Of a DNA stretch of 64,000 nt, positions 15,230 through 24,215 are shown piece by piece. The stretch is from Lewinellaceae bacterium (lineage in GTDB: Bacteria > Bacteroidota > Bacteroidia > Chitinophagales > Saprospiraceae): assembly GCA_040383605.1 (NCBI GenBank), contig JBEIDF010000002.1:6769-70768 (forward strand). The letters are read 5' to 3'. A model generated the notes under the pieces. That model was not told where the DNA came from and made no database searches. It worked only from the letters and a program-made list of their open reading frames with translations. Position numbers and translations under genes: made by a program. Positions within the stretch are counted from its first letter, which is position 1; each line of letters starts with the position of its first letter.

Positions 15230-16135
15230 CTATTTTTCCGGTTCCACCCGGTAACCCTCCGCGCGCAGGAGGGCGATCACACCCCGCGGGCCGCCCAGAT
15301 GGCCCGCACCAACGGCAAACAGGGTCGGCGTTTCTTTCATCAGGCGCCGCATAACCGGTATCCAATTCTGGTTGCGGCGGGTCAGCAACAATTCTTCGAA
15401 TCGGGCCATATCCTGACCTTCCTCTACGACCATGGACTGCATTTTCGAGATGTCTTCCGCGCGATACAATCGGAGCATATCCTTATATGCACCGGCGTCG
15501 CGCTCGCCGCTGCGCAGTGTTTCCACCAACATGCGGGCCTGGGCGTCGTAGGGGATGCTGTCAAACACGCCAATCTGGTAGGCGGCGGTTTCCAATCCTG
15601 CCGACGCCAGTTTTCGCTTGCGCGCCAGTTGATACAGTTCCATTTCCACGGAGGTCATGCGGCTGTTTTGGAGATTTTCTTCTTCATTGGACAGCATCAT
15701 GCTGAGAAACATCGGTTTCAGGCGCTCAAGCATGCCCATAGACATCCCTTGCTCTGTCATTTTTGACTGCACGAACGCGTAATCCTCGGCGTTCAGCAGA
15801 TCGCGCAGCGTCTTGCCATCGCGCATGAAGGCCTTGGTGATCAGGCTGAATTGTTTACCCAGGTTGGTCATTTCCCGCATATCTATTTCAAAGGCCACGC
15901 GCTTGCTGCGATCCAGCGCGGCAAGCAGCGGCTCGGAAAAGGTTAGTTCCGCCTTTGGAATCAGGTGGATCGTGCCGTACAAATAGGAAGGCTTAGACAG
16001 GCCGTTGCCGCTGATTTTCCAGAGCAGGGCGTTGTCGGTGGGAACCAGTTGGTCGGGGGTATAGACGGCTTTTTGCGCGCCGCCACAACCTGCGGCCAGG
16101 AAAGCGGGGAATAGCCAGAAAAAAAGTTTGCGCAT
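15230..16135 (-). CDS. TraB/GumN-family protein (lipoprotein-like signal)
   Basis: The N-terminus LFPAFLAAGCGG is lipoprotein-like. The motifs YLYGTIHL and LFAVGAGHLGG..GVIALLRAEGY are typical of the TraB/GumN family. Confidence 0.8.
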   Translation of the reverse strand: MRKLFFWLFPAFLAAGCGGAQKAVYTPDQLVPTDNALLWKISGNGLSKPSYLYGTIHLIPKAELTFSEPLLAALDRSKRVAFEIDMREMTNLGKQFSLITKAFMRDGKTLRDLLNAEDYAFVQSKMTEQGMSMGMLERLKPMFLSMMLSNEEENLQNSRMTSVEMELYQLARKRKLASAGLETAAYQIGVFDSIPYDAQARMLVETLRSGERDAGAYKDMLRLYRAEDISKMQSMVVEEGQDMARFEELLLTRRNQNWIPVMRRLMKETPTLFAVGAGHLGGPRGVIALLRAEGYRVEPEK

Positions 16136-16228
16136 GCGGAGTGGATAGGCGGTGTTTGGTACGTGGAGTAGGGGGTATTGGTACTATGAATGAGATGATT
16201 TTAAACGTTTTCTCCCGCCAAATGTTCC

Positions 16229-16843
16229 ATGAGCGTGGAAGAAACCTTGCTCATTTTTATCAAAAATCCGGTCTTAGGCCGGGTAAAAACCCGCCTCGCA
16301 GCAGCACTTGGCGCTGAAGCGGCCCTGGCGGCGTACCAGGAACTGCTTGCCTACACCCGGGCAGTCGCGACCCGAACTGCCTGCCGCCGCCGGCTGTATT
16401 ACAGCGATTACCTTCCGGAGGCCGACGAGTGGCCGACGGATTTGTTCGAAAAACACCTGCAATCGGGCGCCGACTTGGGCTTGCGCATGGCCAACGCATT
16501 TGAAAGCGCCTTTGAAGCGGGCGCCGACCGGGTCTTGATTATCGGCAGCGATTGCCCCGGTATCACGCCGGAGATCCTCGCCGAAGGGTTTGACGCCTTG
16601 CACGCGTGTGATTTCGTGCTGGGGCCAAGCGCCGACGGCGGATATTACCTGCTGGGTATGCGCCGATTTCAGGCGGCGGTATTTGAAGGCATCGCATGGA
16701 GCAGTCCGACCGTTTGCGCGGAGACGCGCCTGCGGATGCAGGCCCTGGGGGGCGACTGCAGGATGCTGCCGGTCTTGACGGATATTGACACCGAGGCGGA
16801 TTGGAACGCCATCGGCCGTCGGGTGGGGCTATTTCCAGAATAA
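16229..16843 (+). CDS. DUF2064/TIGR04282-type glycosyltransferase-like protein
   Basis: The pattern LIFIKNPVLGRVKTRLA...IGSDCPGITPE...GPSADGGYYLLG matches the pattern I recall for this family. Confidence 0.7.
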   Translation: MSVEETLLIFIKNPVLGRVKTRLAAALGAEAALAAYQELLAYTRAVATRTACRRRLYYSDYLPEADEWPTDLFEKHLQSGADLGLRMANAFESAFEAGADRVLIIGSDCPGITPEILAEGFDALHACDFVLGPSADGGYYLLGMRRFQAAVFEGIAWSSPTVCAETRLRMQALGGDCRMLPVLTDIDTEADWNAIGRRVGLFPE

Positions 16844-18151
16844 CCACTTGCCAATTTCGCGGAGCGTCACCTTTTTTCCATACATCAAAATGCCGATGCG
16901 GTAGATACGGCCGGCCAGCCAGACGAAGAAGAACGCGCTGGCCACTACGAGCGCCAGCGAAATGGCCACCTGCCACCAGGGCGGATTAAAAGCCATTCGG
17001 AACGGCATCACAATCGGGGAGAACAGCGGAAAAATGGAGGCAAAAACCATCAGCCCGGAATCCGGGTTCCGCATGCCTGCAAAGGCCGTAATATAAAAGG
17101 CGAGGATAATCGGCAGCGTCACCGGCAAAGTCAGCGCCTGCCCCTCGCCCAGGTCGTCGCTCATCGCCGAACCGATCGCGGCGAACAGCGAAGAGTAGAT
17201 AAAATACCCGCCGAGGAAGAAGATGATAAAGGAAAAAATGATCAGCGGCCAATTTTGCCGGCTCAATTCCGCCAACAAACGAAACTGTGCGCTTTCCATC
17301 GCTTCCGGATCTATTTGCGGCATTTGCCCCGGCCCCATGGCCGGCTGCATCTGCCCGGCGTCCAGTCCGCCCAGCACAGGAACCAGCAACGTAACCAGCG
17401 TGCTGAGGACGACCCAGGCGAGCACCTGCGTGAGGCCGACGGCGCCCGCACCCAGAATTTTGCCCAGCATCAAATCGAAGGGTCGGACCGAGGACATCAT
17501 CACCTCCACAATCCGGTTAGTTTTTTCCTCCATGACGGAGCGCATGACCATTTGTCCGTAAAACAGCACCATAAAAAACATGATGAACGCCATAACCGCC
17601 CCGATCGCCAGGCCAATATCCGCCGTGTACTTGCTTTCATCCTCGCCGCTGGCCGTAATGCTTTCCGGATCAATGGACACCTCGGTTTTGAGGTCTTCCA
17701 GACTGGTTTTGTCCAGATTCAGCGCGGTGATTTTGTAGTCGCGTATTTTATCGCTGATGGCCTCTTCCATCGCGGTGCGCTTTTCCGGCCCGATCTTTTG
17801 GTCGGAATAGTAATACAGGGTAAATTCTTTTTCGCGCACATTGCCGATGGGCGGCACCCGCAGCACGCCGTCGTATTGTTCGGCGGCAACAGCTTCTTTC
17901 AGCGTTTCCAGGCTTTTATTTTTTACGATGCTATAGCGCAGGCCTTTTTCATCTGCCAGTTGCCCCAGGACGCCGGCTTCGTCCAGGACGGCCACTTTCA
18001 AGCCGCCCCCGCCTTCGTAGCTGCTCAAGCCCACAATAACCAGGATATAGATCAGCAGCCCGATCGGCGCCATCAGGGTGCCGAGGATGAACGAGCGTTT
18101 GCGTACGCGGGTGATATATTCCCGCCAGACGATGAGTTTAAGTTTTGACAT
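16829..18151 (-). CDS. ABC-2 type transporter permease (NatB-like)
   Basis: It has an N-terminal TM segment, a large extracytoplasmic loop and then about five TM segments. It lies directly downstream of an ABC ATPase gene. Confidence 0.8.
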   Translation of the reverse strand: MSKLKLIVWREYITRVRKRSFILGTLMAPIGLLIYILVIVGLSSYEGGGGLKVAVLDEAGVLGQLADEKGLRYSIVKNKSLETLKEAVAAEQYDGVLRVPPIGNVREKEFTLYYYSDQKIGPEKRTAMEEAISDKIRDYKITALNLDKTSLEDLKTEVSIDPESITASGEDESKYTADIGLAIGAVMAFIMFFMVLFYGQMVMRSVMEEKTNRIVEVMMSSVRPFDLMLGKILGAGAVGLTQVLAWVVLSTLVTLLVPVLGGLDAGQMQPAMGPGQMPQIDPEAMESAQFRLLAELSRQNWPLIIFSFIIFFLGGYFIYSSLFAAIGSAMSDDLGEGQALTLPVTLPIILAFYITAFAGMRNPDSGLMVFASIFPLFSPIVMPFRMAFNPPWWQVAISLALVVASAFFFVWLAGRIYRIGILMYGKKVTLREIGKWLFWK

Positions 18152-18199
18152 ACGATGAGGTGATTCGCAAAATGAATAGGTACGCGTGGTGTATATTTA

Positions 18200-19123
18200 C
18201 TACGCGTTGGGGCGCTCCGGGGCTGAGCCTTCTACCCGCCGGATGAATATCTCATTGAAGGTGGGCAGGATTTCCGCAAAATAGCGGATCCGTACGTGTC
18301 GGTCGAGGAGATAGCGCAGCAGCGCGTCGCTTTGCGATTCCTGTTCCAGTTGGACGATGGCAGCGGCGCCGTCAGTTTTCACGAGTTGAAAGCGATCAGC
18401 GAAATCTTCCGGCAGGCTGCCTTCGGTTTCGATGCGGTATCGGTTTTGTTTGTAGTCGTTTTTGATATCGGCTACCGCGCCGTACAACACGTTTTTGCCG
18501 TGGTTGATCAGGACGATATGGTCGCACATTTCCTCCACCTGTTCCATGCGGTGCGTGGAAAAGATAATGCTGGTTCCTTCCCGGTTGAGGCGGGTGATTT
18601 CGTCTTTAATAATCGCCGTATTGATGGGATCGAGTCCGGTGAACGGTTCGTCGAGAATAAGCAGCGGGGGGCGGTGCACGACGGTGGCGATGAACTGGAT
18701 TTTCTGTTGCATCCCCTTGGAGAGCTCCTCAATTTTTTTATTCCACCAGCTCCGGATATCGAATTTATCGAGCCAAAAATAAATTTCTTTTTTAGCGGCG
18801 GCCTCGCTCAGTCCCTTGAGTTGGGCCAGGTAGAGGAGATGCTCCCCTACTTTCATTTTTTTGTACAGGCCGCGTTCTTCCGGCATGTAACCGATTTTTT
18901 CCGGCGATCGGGCGTTTAGCCGTTCGCCGCGCAGCAGGATATCCCCCGCATCAGGCGCCGTAATCGTGGTGATCATACGGATCAGGGAAGTTTTTCCGGC
19001 GCCGTTCGGGCCTAACATCCCAAAAATACTGCCTTCCGGCACTTCCAGGCTGAGGTGATCCACGGCGGAATAGGCGCCATAAGTTTTTACAACGTTTCGA
19101 ATCGAAAGGATGGAGGTGGACAT
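18200..19123 (-). CDS. ABC transporter ATP-binding protein (NatA-like)
   Basis: It has Walker A GPNGAGKTS, the signature LSKGMQQK and Walker B LLILDEP. Confidence 0.9.
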   Translation of the reverse strand: MSTSILSIRNVVKTYGAYSAVDHLSLEVPEGSIFGMLGPNGAGKTSLIRMITTITAPDAGDILLRGERLNARSPEKIGYMPEERGLYKKMKVGEHLLYLAQLKGLSEAAAKKEIYFWLDKFDIRSWWNKKIEELSKGMQQKIQFIATVVHRPPLLILDEPFTGLDPINTAIIKDEITRLNREGTSIIFSTHRMEQVEEMCDHIVLINHGKNVLYGAVADIKNDYKQNRYRIETEGSLPEDFADRFQLVKTDGAAAIVQLEQESQSDALLRYLLDRHVRIRYFAEILPTFNEIFIRRVEGSAPERPNA

Positions 19124-19213
19124 ATCGGTGTTGTTATAAGCGCGTATCGGCGATTGGCTGCCCCGGCAAAAAGGCGCCGTTTTTTACTTGGTGATAAAAT
19201 CCCCGACTGGTGC

Positions 19214-19244
19214 TTTATTTTAGGGCTAAAAGTAGGTACTTTTG
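19214..19244 (+). promoter_or_regulatory. Candidate Bacteroidota promoter (-33 TTTA, 19-nt spacer, -7 TActTTTG)
   Basis: TACTTTTG at 19237-19244 matches the TAnnTTTG consensus and lies 56 nt upstream of the ATG at 19300. Confidence 0.4.
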
Positions 19245-19299
19245 AGGCGTCTAACAACAAATTATTCGCTCAATTTATGCAAAAAACCGACGACGCGAT

Positions 19300-20742
19300 A
19301 TGATCGTCCTGCACAATTTCATTCAGGGCCGGTATGAAGCGCCCCGCTCCGGAAGGTACTTGGACAATCACAATCCGGCCACCGGGGAGGTGTATGCGCA
19401 AATTCCGGATTCTGGTTCGGACGACGTGAACGCTGCCGTAGCGGCGGCCCGCGCGGCTTTTCCGGCTTGGACTGCACTGGCGCCGGAGCAGCGCCACGAC
19501 ATCCTGCGCGCGATCGCAGACGGTATTTTAGAAAATCTGGAGGCGCTGGCCGCAGCCGAAAGTTTGGACTCCGGCAAAACGGTCACCACAGCCCGCACGG
19601 TGGATATCCCTCGCGCGGCACTGAATTTTAAGTTTTTCGCCACCGCCTGCCTGCATTTCGCCTCGGAGAGTTACTACCAGCCGGATGCCCTGAGTTACAC
19701 CCTGCGCCAGCCGATGGGCATCGTCGGCGCAATTTCACCCTGGAACCTTCCGCTCTACCTGTTTACCTGGAAAATAGCGCCCGCCCTGGCCGCCGGCAAT
19801 TGCGTGGTGGGAAAACCCTCCGAAGTAACGCCTTACACGGCGTATTTGCTGGGGGAAATTTGCAATAAAGCCGGACTGCCCCCCGGGGTGCTCAATATCG
19901 TACACGGTACGGGGCCTGCTGCCGGGGCCGCAATCGTCGCGCACCCGGATATTAAAGCGGTTACATTCACGGGCAGCACGCGGGCCGGCGCTGAAATTGC
20001 CCGCGTGGCGGCCCCTTTGTTTAAAAAAATCAGCCTCGAACTCGGCGGAAAAAATCCCAACCTCATTTTTGCCGATTGCGATTACGAACGGATGCTGGAT
20101 ACCACCGTGCGCTCCGCATTCAATAACCAGGGGCAAATTTGCCTCTGCGGCTCCCGGATATACGTCGAGCGCGCCCTGTATCCGCAATTTAAAAAAGATT
20201 TTGTCGAGCGAGTGCAGGCGCTGAAAGTCGGTGATCCAGGCGCCGCCGACAGCCGACTGGGCGCGGTAGTCAGCCAGGCGCACTTCGAAAAAGTGCTGTC
20301 CTATATCGAATTGGCCAAACAGGAAGGCGGTTCCGTGCTGTGCGGCGGCACGCCCGTACGCCTGCCCGGACGGCTCGCAGGAGGCTGGTACCTCGCACCA
20401 GCCGTCATCGAAGGCCTGCCGATTGATTGCCGTACCAACCAGGAGGAAATTTTCGGTCCGGTTGTGACGATCCAGCCTTTCGATACAGACGAAGAAGCGC
20501 TGGCGCTCGCCAACGGCACGGCTTACGGCCTCAGCGCTACGGTGTGGACCAACAACCTGCAGCGAAGCCAACGCCTCGCGCGGGATTTGCAGGCCGGCAT
20601 CGTGTGGATCAATACCTGGATGTTGCGTGACTTGCGTACGCCTTTTGGCGGCGTCAAACAATCGGGCGTGGGCCGCGAGGGCGGCTGGGAAGCCATGCGT
20701 TTTTTTACGGAACCAAAAAATGTGACCATTGCGATGGACTGA
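19300..20742 (+). CDS. NAD(P)-dependent aldehyde dehydrogenase
   Basis: It has the ALDH motifs FTGSTRAG, ELGGKNP and the catalytic Cys region NQGQICLCGSR, plus EEIFGPV. Confidence 0.9.
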   Translation: MIVLHNFIQGRYEAPRSGRYLDNHNPATGEVYAQIPDSGSDDVNAAVAAARAAFPAWTALAPEQRHDILRAIADGILENLEALAAAESLDSGKTVTTARTVDIPRAALNFKFFATACLHFASESYYQPDALSYTLRQPMGIVGAISPWNLPLYLFTWKIAPALAAGNCVVGKPSEVTPYTAYLLGEICNKAGLPPGVLNIVHGTGPAAGAAIVAHPDIKAVTFTGSTRAGAEIARVAAPLFKKISLELGGKNPNLIFADCDYERMLDTTVRSAFNNQGQICLCGSRIYVERALYPQFKKDFVERVQALKVGDPGAADSRLGAVVSQAHFEKVLSYIELAKQEGGSVLCGGTPVRLPGRLAGGWYLAPAVIEGLPIDCRTNQEEIFGPVVTIQPFDTDEEALALANGTAYGLSATVWTNNLQRSQRLARDLQAGIVWINTWMLRDLRTPFGGVKQSGVGREGGWEAMRFFTEPKNVTIAMD

Positions 20743-20810
20743 CGGATGGTTGGAAAGTCGCCACAGGCACATGTCTAAACTCGTCTTGCTGCATAAAATT
20801 CAATAAAAGC

Positions 20811-21965
20811 ATGAAATTTATCTACTCCCTGCTCGCCGCGGCCTTGTTTGCCGCCCCGTTCACCCTATCCGCCCAAATAAACGGCAGCTTCACTTTTGAA
20901 GGCCAAAACCGAACCTACATCGCGTATGTTCCTGCAAACTACACGCCCGGCCAACCCACGCCGCTGGTATTCGTGTTGCACGGATTCACCCAATCCGCCC
21001 AGGCTATCATGGGGTATTCCGGTTTTAATGCCCTGGCGGATACTGCCGGCTTTATCGCCGTGTACGCCAACGGGATTGGAAATGCCTGGAACATCAGCAC
21101 CAGCTTTCCAGGCGGTTCGACGGCCAACGATGTGGGCTTTATCAGCGCCCTGATAGACACCATGGCGGCTAATTATACCATTGATCCGCTGCGGATTTAT
21201 ACTTGCGGGTTCTCGGCGGGGGGATTTATGTCCCACCGACTGGCCTGCGAACTCAATAACCGGATCGCCGCCGCCGGTTCCGTGGCCGGCACCATGACTA
21301 CCGGCGCTTTTGGTCAGTGCGCGCCTGCGCGCCCCGTCCCCTTCATGCAAATACACGGCACGGCTGATGCGATCGTAAGCTATAACGGCGGACTGGGCAA
21401 CCAATCGGCAGAACAGGTATTGAGCTTGTGGACCGCCCGCGACAGCTGCGCGCAGCCCGCCGTTGCGACGCCGCTGCCCGACCTCTTTAGCGAAGGCTCC
21501 ACGGTGGAACGGCTGGTCTGGGCGCCCTGCGCCGCCGGCGTCCGCGTGGAACACCTGAAAATTCTCAATGGCGGCCACACCTGGCCGGGCGCTTCCGGCT
21601 CCTCCGGACTGGGCAACACCAACCGGGATATCTCCGCTACGGCAGAATTGTGGCGCTTTTTCTCCGATTTTGTGCTTCCCACCGTGTCCGACCTATCGGT
21701 TATAGAGGCCGACCCGATCGTCCTGTCTGTTTATCCCAATCCGGCAACTGAAATACTCCGCCTGCAATCGCTCGACTCCGCCCTGCCCATCCAGTCGGTG
21801 CGGCTTTTTGATGCCGGCGGAAAACCCATTCAACAAAATATCCTTGCCCAGCCGCAGCTTTCCCTCGATTGGCCAATCGCTCCGGATATCCGCCCCGGGC
21901 TTTACCTGCTGGAGGCCCGCCTGACGAATGGCCGGGTGCTTCGTAAAAAAGTCGCTATACTGTAA
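20811..21965 (+). CDS. Secreted esterase (PHB-depolymerase/LpqC-like alpha/beta hydrolase) with a T9SS type-A C-terminal domain
   Basis: It has a signal peptide, the LVFVLHGFTQSA motif and the nucleophile elbow GFSAGG. The C-terminus reads LSVYPNPATEILRLQ...GLYLLEARL. Confidence 0.8.
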   Translation: MKFIYSLLAAALFAAPFTLSAQINGSFTFEGQNRTYIAYVPANYTPGQPTPLVFVLHGFTQSAQAIMGYSGFNALADTAGFIAVYANGIGNAWNISTSFPGGSTANDVGFISALIDTMAANYTIDPLRIYTCGFSAGGFMSHRLACELNNRIAAAGSVAGTMTTGAFGQCAPARPVPFMQIHGTADAIVSYNGGLGNQSAEQVLSLWTARDSCAQPAVATPLPDLFSEGSTVERLVWAPCAAGVRVEHLKILNGGHTWPGASGSSGLGNTNRDISATAELWRFFSDFVLPTVSDLSVIEADPIVLSVYPNPATEILRLQSLDSALPIQSVRLFDAGGKPIQQNILAQPQLSLDWPIAPDIRPGLYLLEARLTNGRVLRKKVAIL

Positions 21966-22020
21966 TTTTGTCAGTGCAAACTGCTAATATGGCATCGAAA
22001 ATTCAATCGGCATCATTCTC

Positions 22021-22060
22021 GCAATCTGAATTCTTCAATCCCAAATCCGCAATCAGAAAT
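22021..22060. repeat. Heptamer-array copy (C-rich orientation)
   Basis: The sequence gcaatctgaattcttcaatcccaaatccgcaatcagaaat lies directly upstream of the htrA-like gene. Confidence 0.5.
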
Positions 22061-22064
22061 TATT

Positions 22065-23039
22065 TTGTTTTTTTCCAGTTCAAGTACCTCCGACGACCGC
22101 GACTCGGCACTGCTCGACGCCTATTCACAGACGGTCTCCGGCGTAGCCCGGCAGGCCAGTCGGGCGGTTGCGCATCTAAAAATTGAGACCAATCAGCCCA
22201 AAGACCGCCGGCAGCCGCAAGCCGGAACGGGTTCGGGTTTTATGATTAGCACCGATGGATATCTGGTGACAAACAGCCATGTTGTCCACGGCGCCAAACG
22301 CATCGAAGCCTCTTTGCCGGATGGCAGGAGTTTCACTGCCGAATTGGTGGGCGATGATCCGGCGACCGACCTGGCTGTGCTCAAAATCAGCGGCGATCAT
22401 TTTGCCACACTGGCTTTTGGCGCCAGCGACCGGCTGCAGGTTGGCCAAATCGCTATTGCGATCGGCAATCCTTTTGGCTTTCAGTACTCCCTGACAGCCG
22501 GCGTCGTCAGCGCCCTGGGCCGAACCCTGCGGAGCCAGAGCGGCCGCCTGATAGACGATGTGATCCAGACAGACGCCGCGCTCAATCCCGGTAATTCCGG
22601 CGGGCCCCTGGTAGATTCGCGCGGACAGGTAATCGGCGTCAACACCGCAGTGATCCTGCCGGCTCAGGGACTTTGCTTCGCAGTGGCCGCCAATCTGGCG
22701 AAATTTGTAGTCGGCAAACTCATCCTGGAAGGCCGCGTCCGCCGCGGTTTTATCGGGATCGGCGCGCAGGCCGTCACCCTGCAGCCCCAGTTGATGGATA
22801 CCCTGCAGTTACAAACAAAAGGCGGCATCCAGGTGCAGACGGTGGAACCAAACGGCCCCGCCGCCGTCGCCGGTCTGCAACCGGGCGATGTGATCGTCCA
22901 GGTAGAAGGGAAACCCCTGGATTCCATAGACGATTTGCACAAAATCCTGGATGAAACCACCATCGGTCGGGCGCTCAGCGTCTGGGTGCTGCGAAACGGG
23001 GCCCTGAGTCAGATGGAAGTGAAACCAGGGGAGCTGTAA
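22065..23039 (+). CDS. HtrA/DegP-family (S1C) serine protease with a C-terminal PDZ domain
   Basis: The catalytic triad context is TNSHVV, DLAVLK and GNSGGPLVD. A PDZ-like segment (GLQPGDVIVQVEG) is present. The start is a TTG and is uncertain, and there is no obvious signal peptide. Confidence 0.85.
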   Translation: MFFSSSSTSDDRDSALLDAYSQTVSGVARQASRAVAHLKIETNQPKDRRQPQAGTGSGFMISTDGYLVTNSHVVHGAKRIEASLPDGRSFTAELVGDDPATDLAVLKISGDHFATLAFGASDRLQVGQIAIAIGNPFGFQYSLTAGVVSALGRTLRSQSGRLIDDVIQTDAALNPGNSGGPLVDSRGQVIGVNTAVILPAQGLCFAVAANLAKFVVGKLILEGRVRRGFIGIGAQAVTLQPQLMDTLQLQTKGGIQVQTVEPNGPAAVAGLQPGDVIVQVEGKPLDSIDDLHKILDETTIGRALSVWVLRNGALSQMEVKPGEL

Positions 23040-23104
23040 TTTAACTTTTCTGCTCCGCTGAAGTCAAACCACAATCATTCAATTTTATCATTAACTGCAC
23101 ATTT

Positions 23105-23443
23105 ATGAAACGCCGTCCCATTTTTGTCCTGCCCTTTTTGCTGCTTTTCTTTTTCAGCCTCCAATTGCAGGCCCAACCAAACCCGCGCGCCGATCGCCGC
23201 GAAGATGTGCGCGACCGCCGGGAAAACAAACGCGACCGCGCAGAAGACCGCCGCGACGCCCGCGAAGACGTGCGCGATGCGCGCGAAGACGTGCGGGATG
23301 CCCGGCATGAAGGCGGCCGCCTCGACCGCATGGAAGACAAACGCGACCGCCGGGAGGATAAACGCGATCGGCGGGAAGACAAGCGCGACCGCATGGAGGA
23401 CAAGCGCGACCGGCGGGAAAATCGCCGGGATCGGAAAGGGTAG
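23105..23443 (+). CDS. Small secreted protein made of charged heptad repeats (EDxRDxR)n
   Basis: It has a signal peptide (FVLPFLLLFFFSLQLQAQ) followed by ~80 aa of R/D/E/K repeats, for example EDKRDRR x4 and EDVRDAR x2. All six frames are open here because of the repeat, so coding is inferred mainly from the signal peptide and position. Confidence 0.55.
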   Translation: MKRRPIFVLPFLLLFFFSLQLQAQPNPRADRREDVRDRRENKRDRAEDRRDAREDVRDAREDVRDARHEGGRLDRMEDKRDRREDKRDRREDKRDRMEDKRDRRENRRDRKG

Positions 23444-23497
23444 GGTGCACGGCCCCTCCAGACAGGTCGCACCGAACAGGATTTGACGGGGGGGATT

Positions 23498-24172
23498 CTA
23501 TAGATGCGCCAACCGCCATATTTCCGTTTCCGGCGTATCGGCGACTACCGTAACAGGCTCCAGTCTGACCGGATGGATCAGTTCCATCTGGCGGCAGTGC
23601 AATCCGATAGAGGCATCAGGAAGCGGTGTGGACGCGCCGTATTTTAGATCGCCTGCGATGGGACAGCCCATCGCAGCCAGTTGGGCGCGAATTTGGTGGG
23701 GCCTGCCCGTGTGCGGCCAAACGTGCAGCAGGGAATAGGGCCCGGCCATCCCGACCAACGCATAGCGGAGTTCGGCCGCTTTAGCGTTGGGTACCGGGCG
23801 ATTGTAGGCGGTTACGATGTTTTTTTGCTCGTTTTTTACGAGATAATGGTGCAGCAGGCCCTCCGGTTGCGGAGGCGGGGCCAAAACCAGCGCCCAGTAC
23901 GTTTTGAGCACTTTCTGCTCGCGAAAAAGCGTCGTCAGTCGCCCCAATGCTTTATCGGTGCGGGCGAATAATACCGCGCCGCTCACCGGCCGGTCAATCC
24001 GGTGCGCGGGATGCAGAAAAACCGCGCCGGGTTTGGCGTATTTTTCCTTCAAATAGGCCTTACCCCAGTCTGTCAAGGTGCGATCGCCGGTGCGGTCGGC
24101 CTGAACCAACCAGCCCGCCGGCTTGTTCAGCGCTAGTAAATGATTGTCTTCAAAAATTACAGTCGGTTCCAT
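23498..24172 (-). CDS. RluA-family pseudouridine synthase
   Basis: The motifs are VIFEDNHLLALNKPAGWLV and HRIDRPVSGAVLFA (catalytic Asp). The start is placed at the ATG at 24172. The longer ORF extending to 24379 overlaps mqnD and has an unusual Ser-rich N-terminus. Confidence 0.85.
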   Translation of the reverse strand: MEPTVIFEDNHLLALNKPAGWLVQADRTGDRTLTDWGKAYLKEKYAKPGAVFLHPAHRIDRPVSGAVLFARTDKALGRLTTLFREQKVLKTYWALVLAPPPQPEGLLHHYLVKNEQKNIVTAYNRPVPNAKAAELRYALVGMAGPYSLLHVWPHTGRPHQIRAQLAAMGCPIAGDLKYGASTPLPDASIGLHCRQMELIHPVRLEPVTVVADTPETEIWRLAHL

Positions 24173-24215
24173 TTGTGCGAAGGTACGCGGTCTCGGCCGC
24201 TCTAAGTCCATTTTT

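Noticed and set aside
15230-16135. The TraB-family gene could indicate a conjugative element.
   Set aside because: TraB/GumN-family proteins are unrelated to conjugative TraB ATPases, and no other transfer genes are present.
23041-23519. Three additional ORFs overlap the charged-repeat gene (23041-23472 -, 23124-23486 +, 23154-23519 -).
   Set aside because: All frames are open because of the 21-nt repeat. Only the 23105-23443 frame starts with a plausible signal peptide, and the others are poly-R/S or A/G/R low-complexity.
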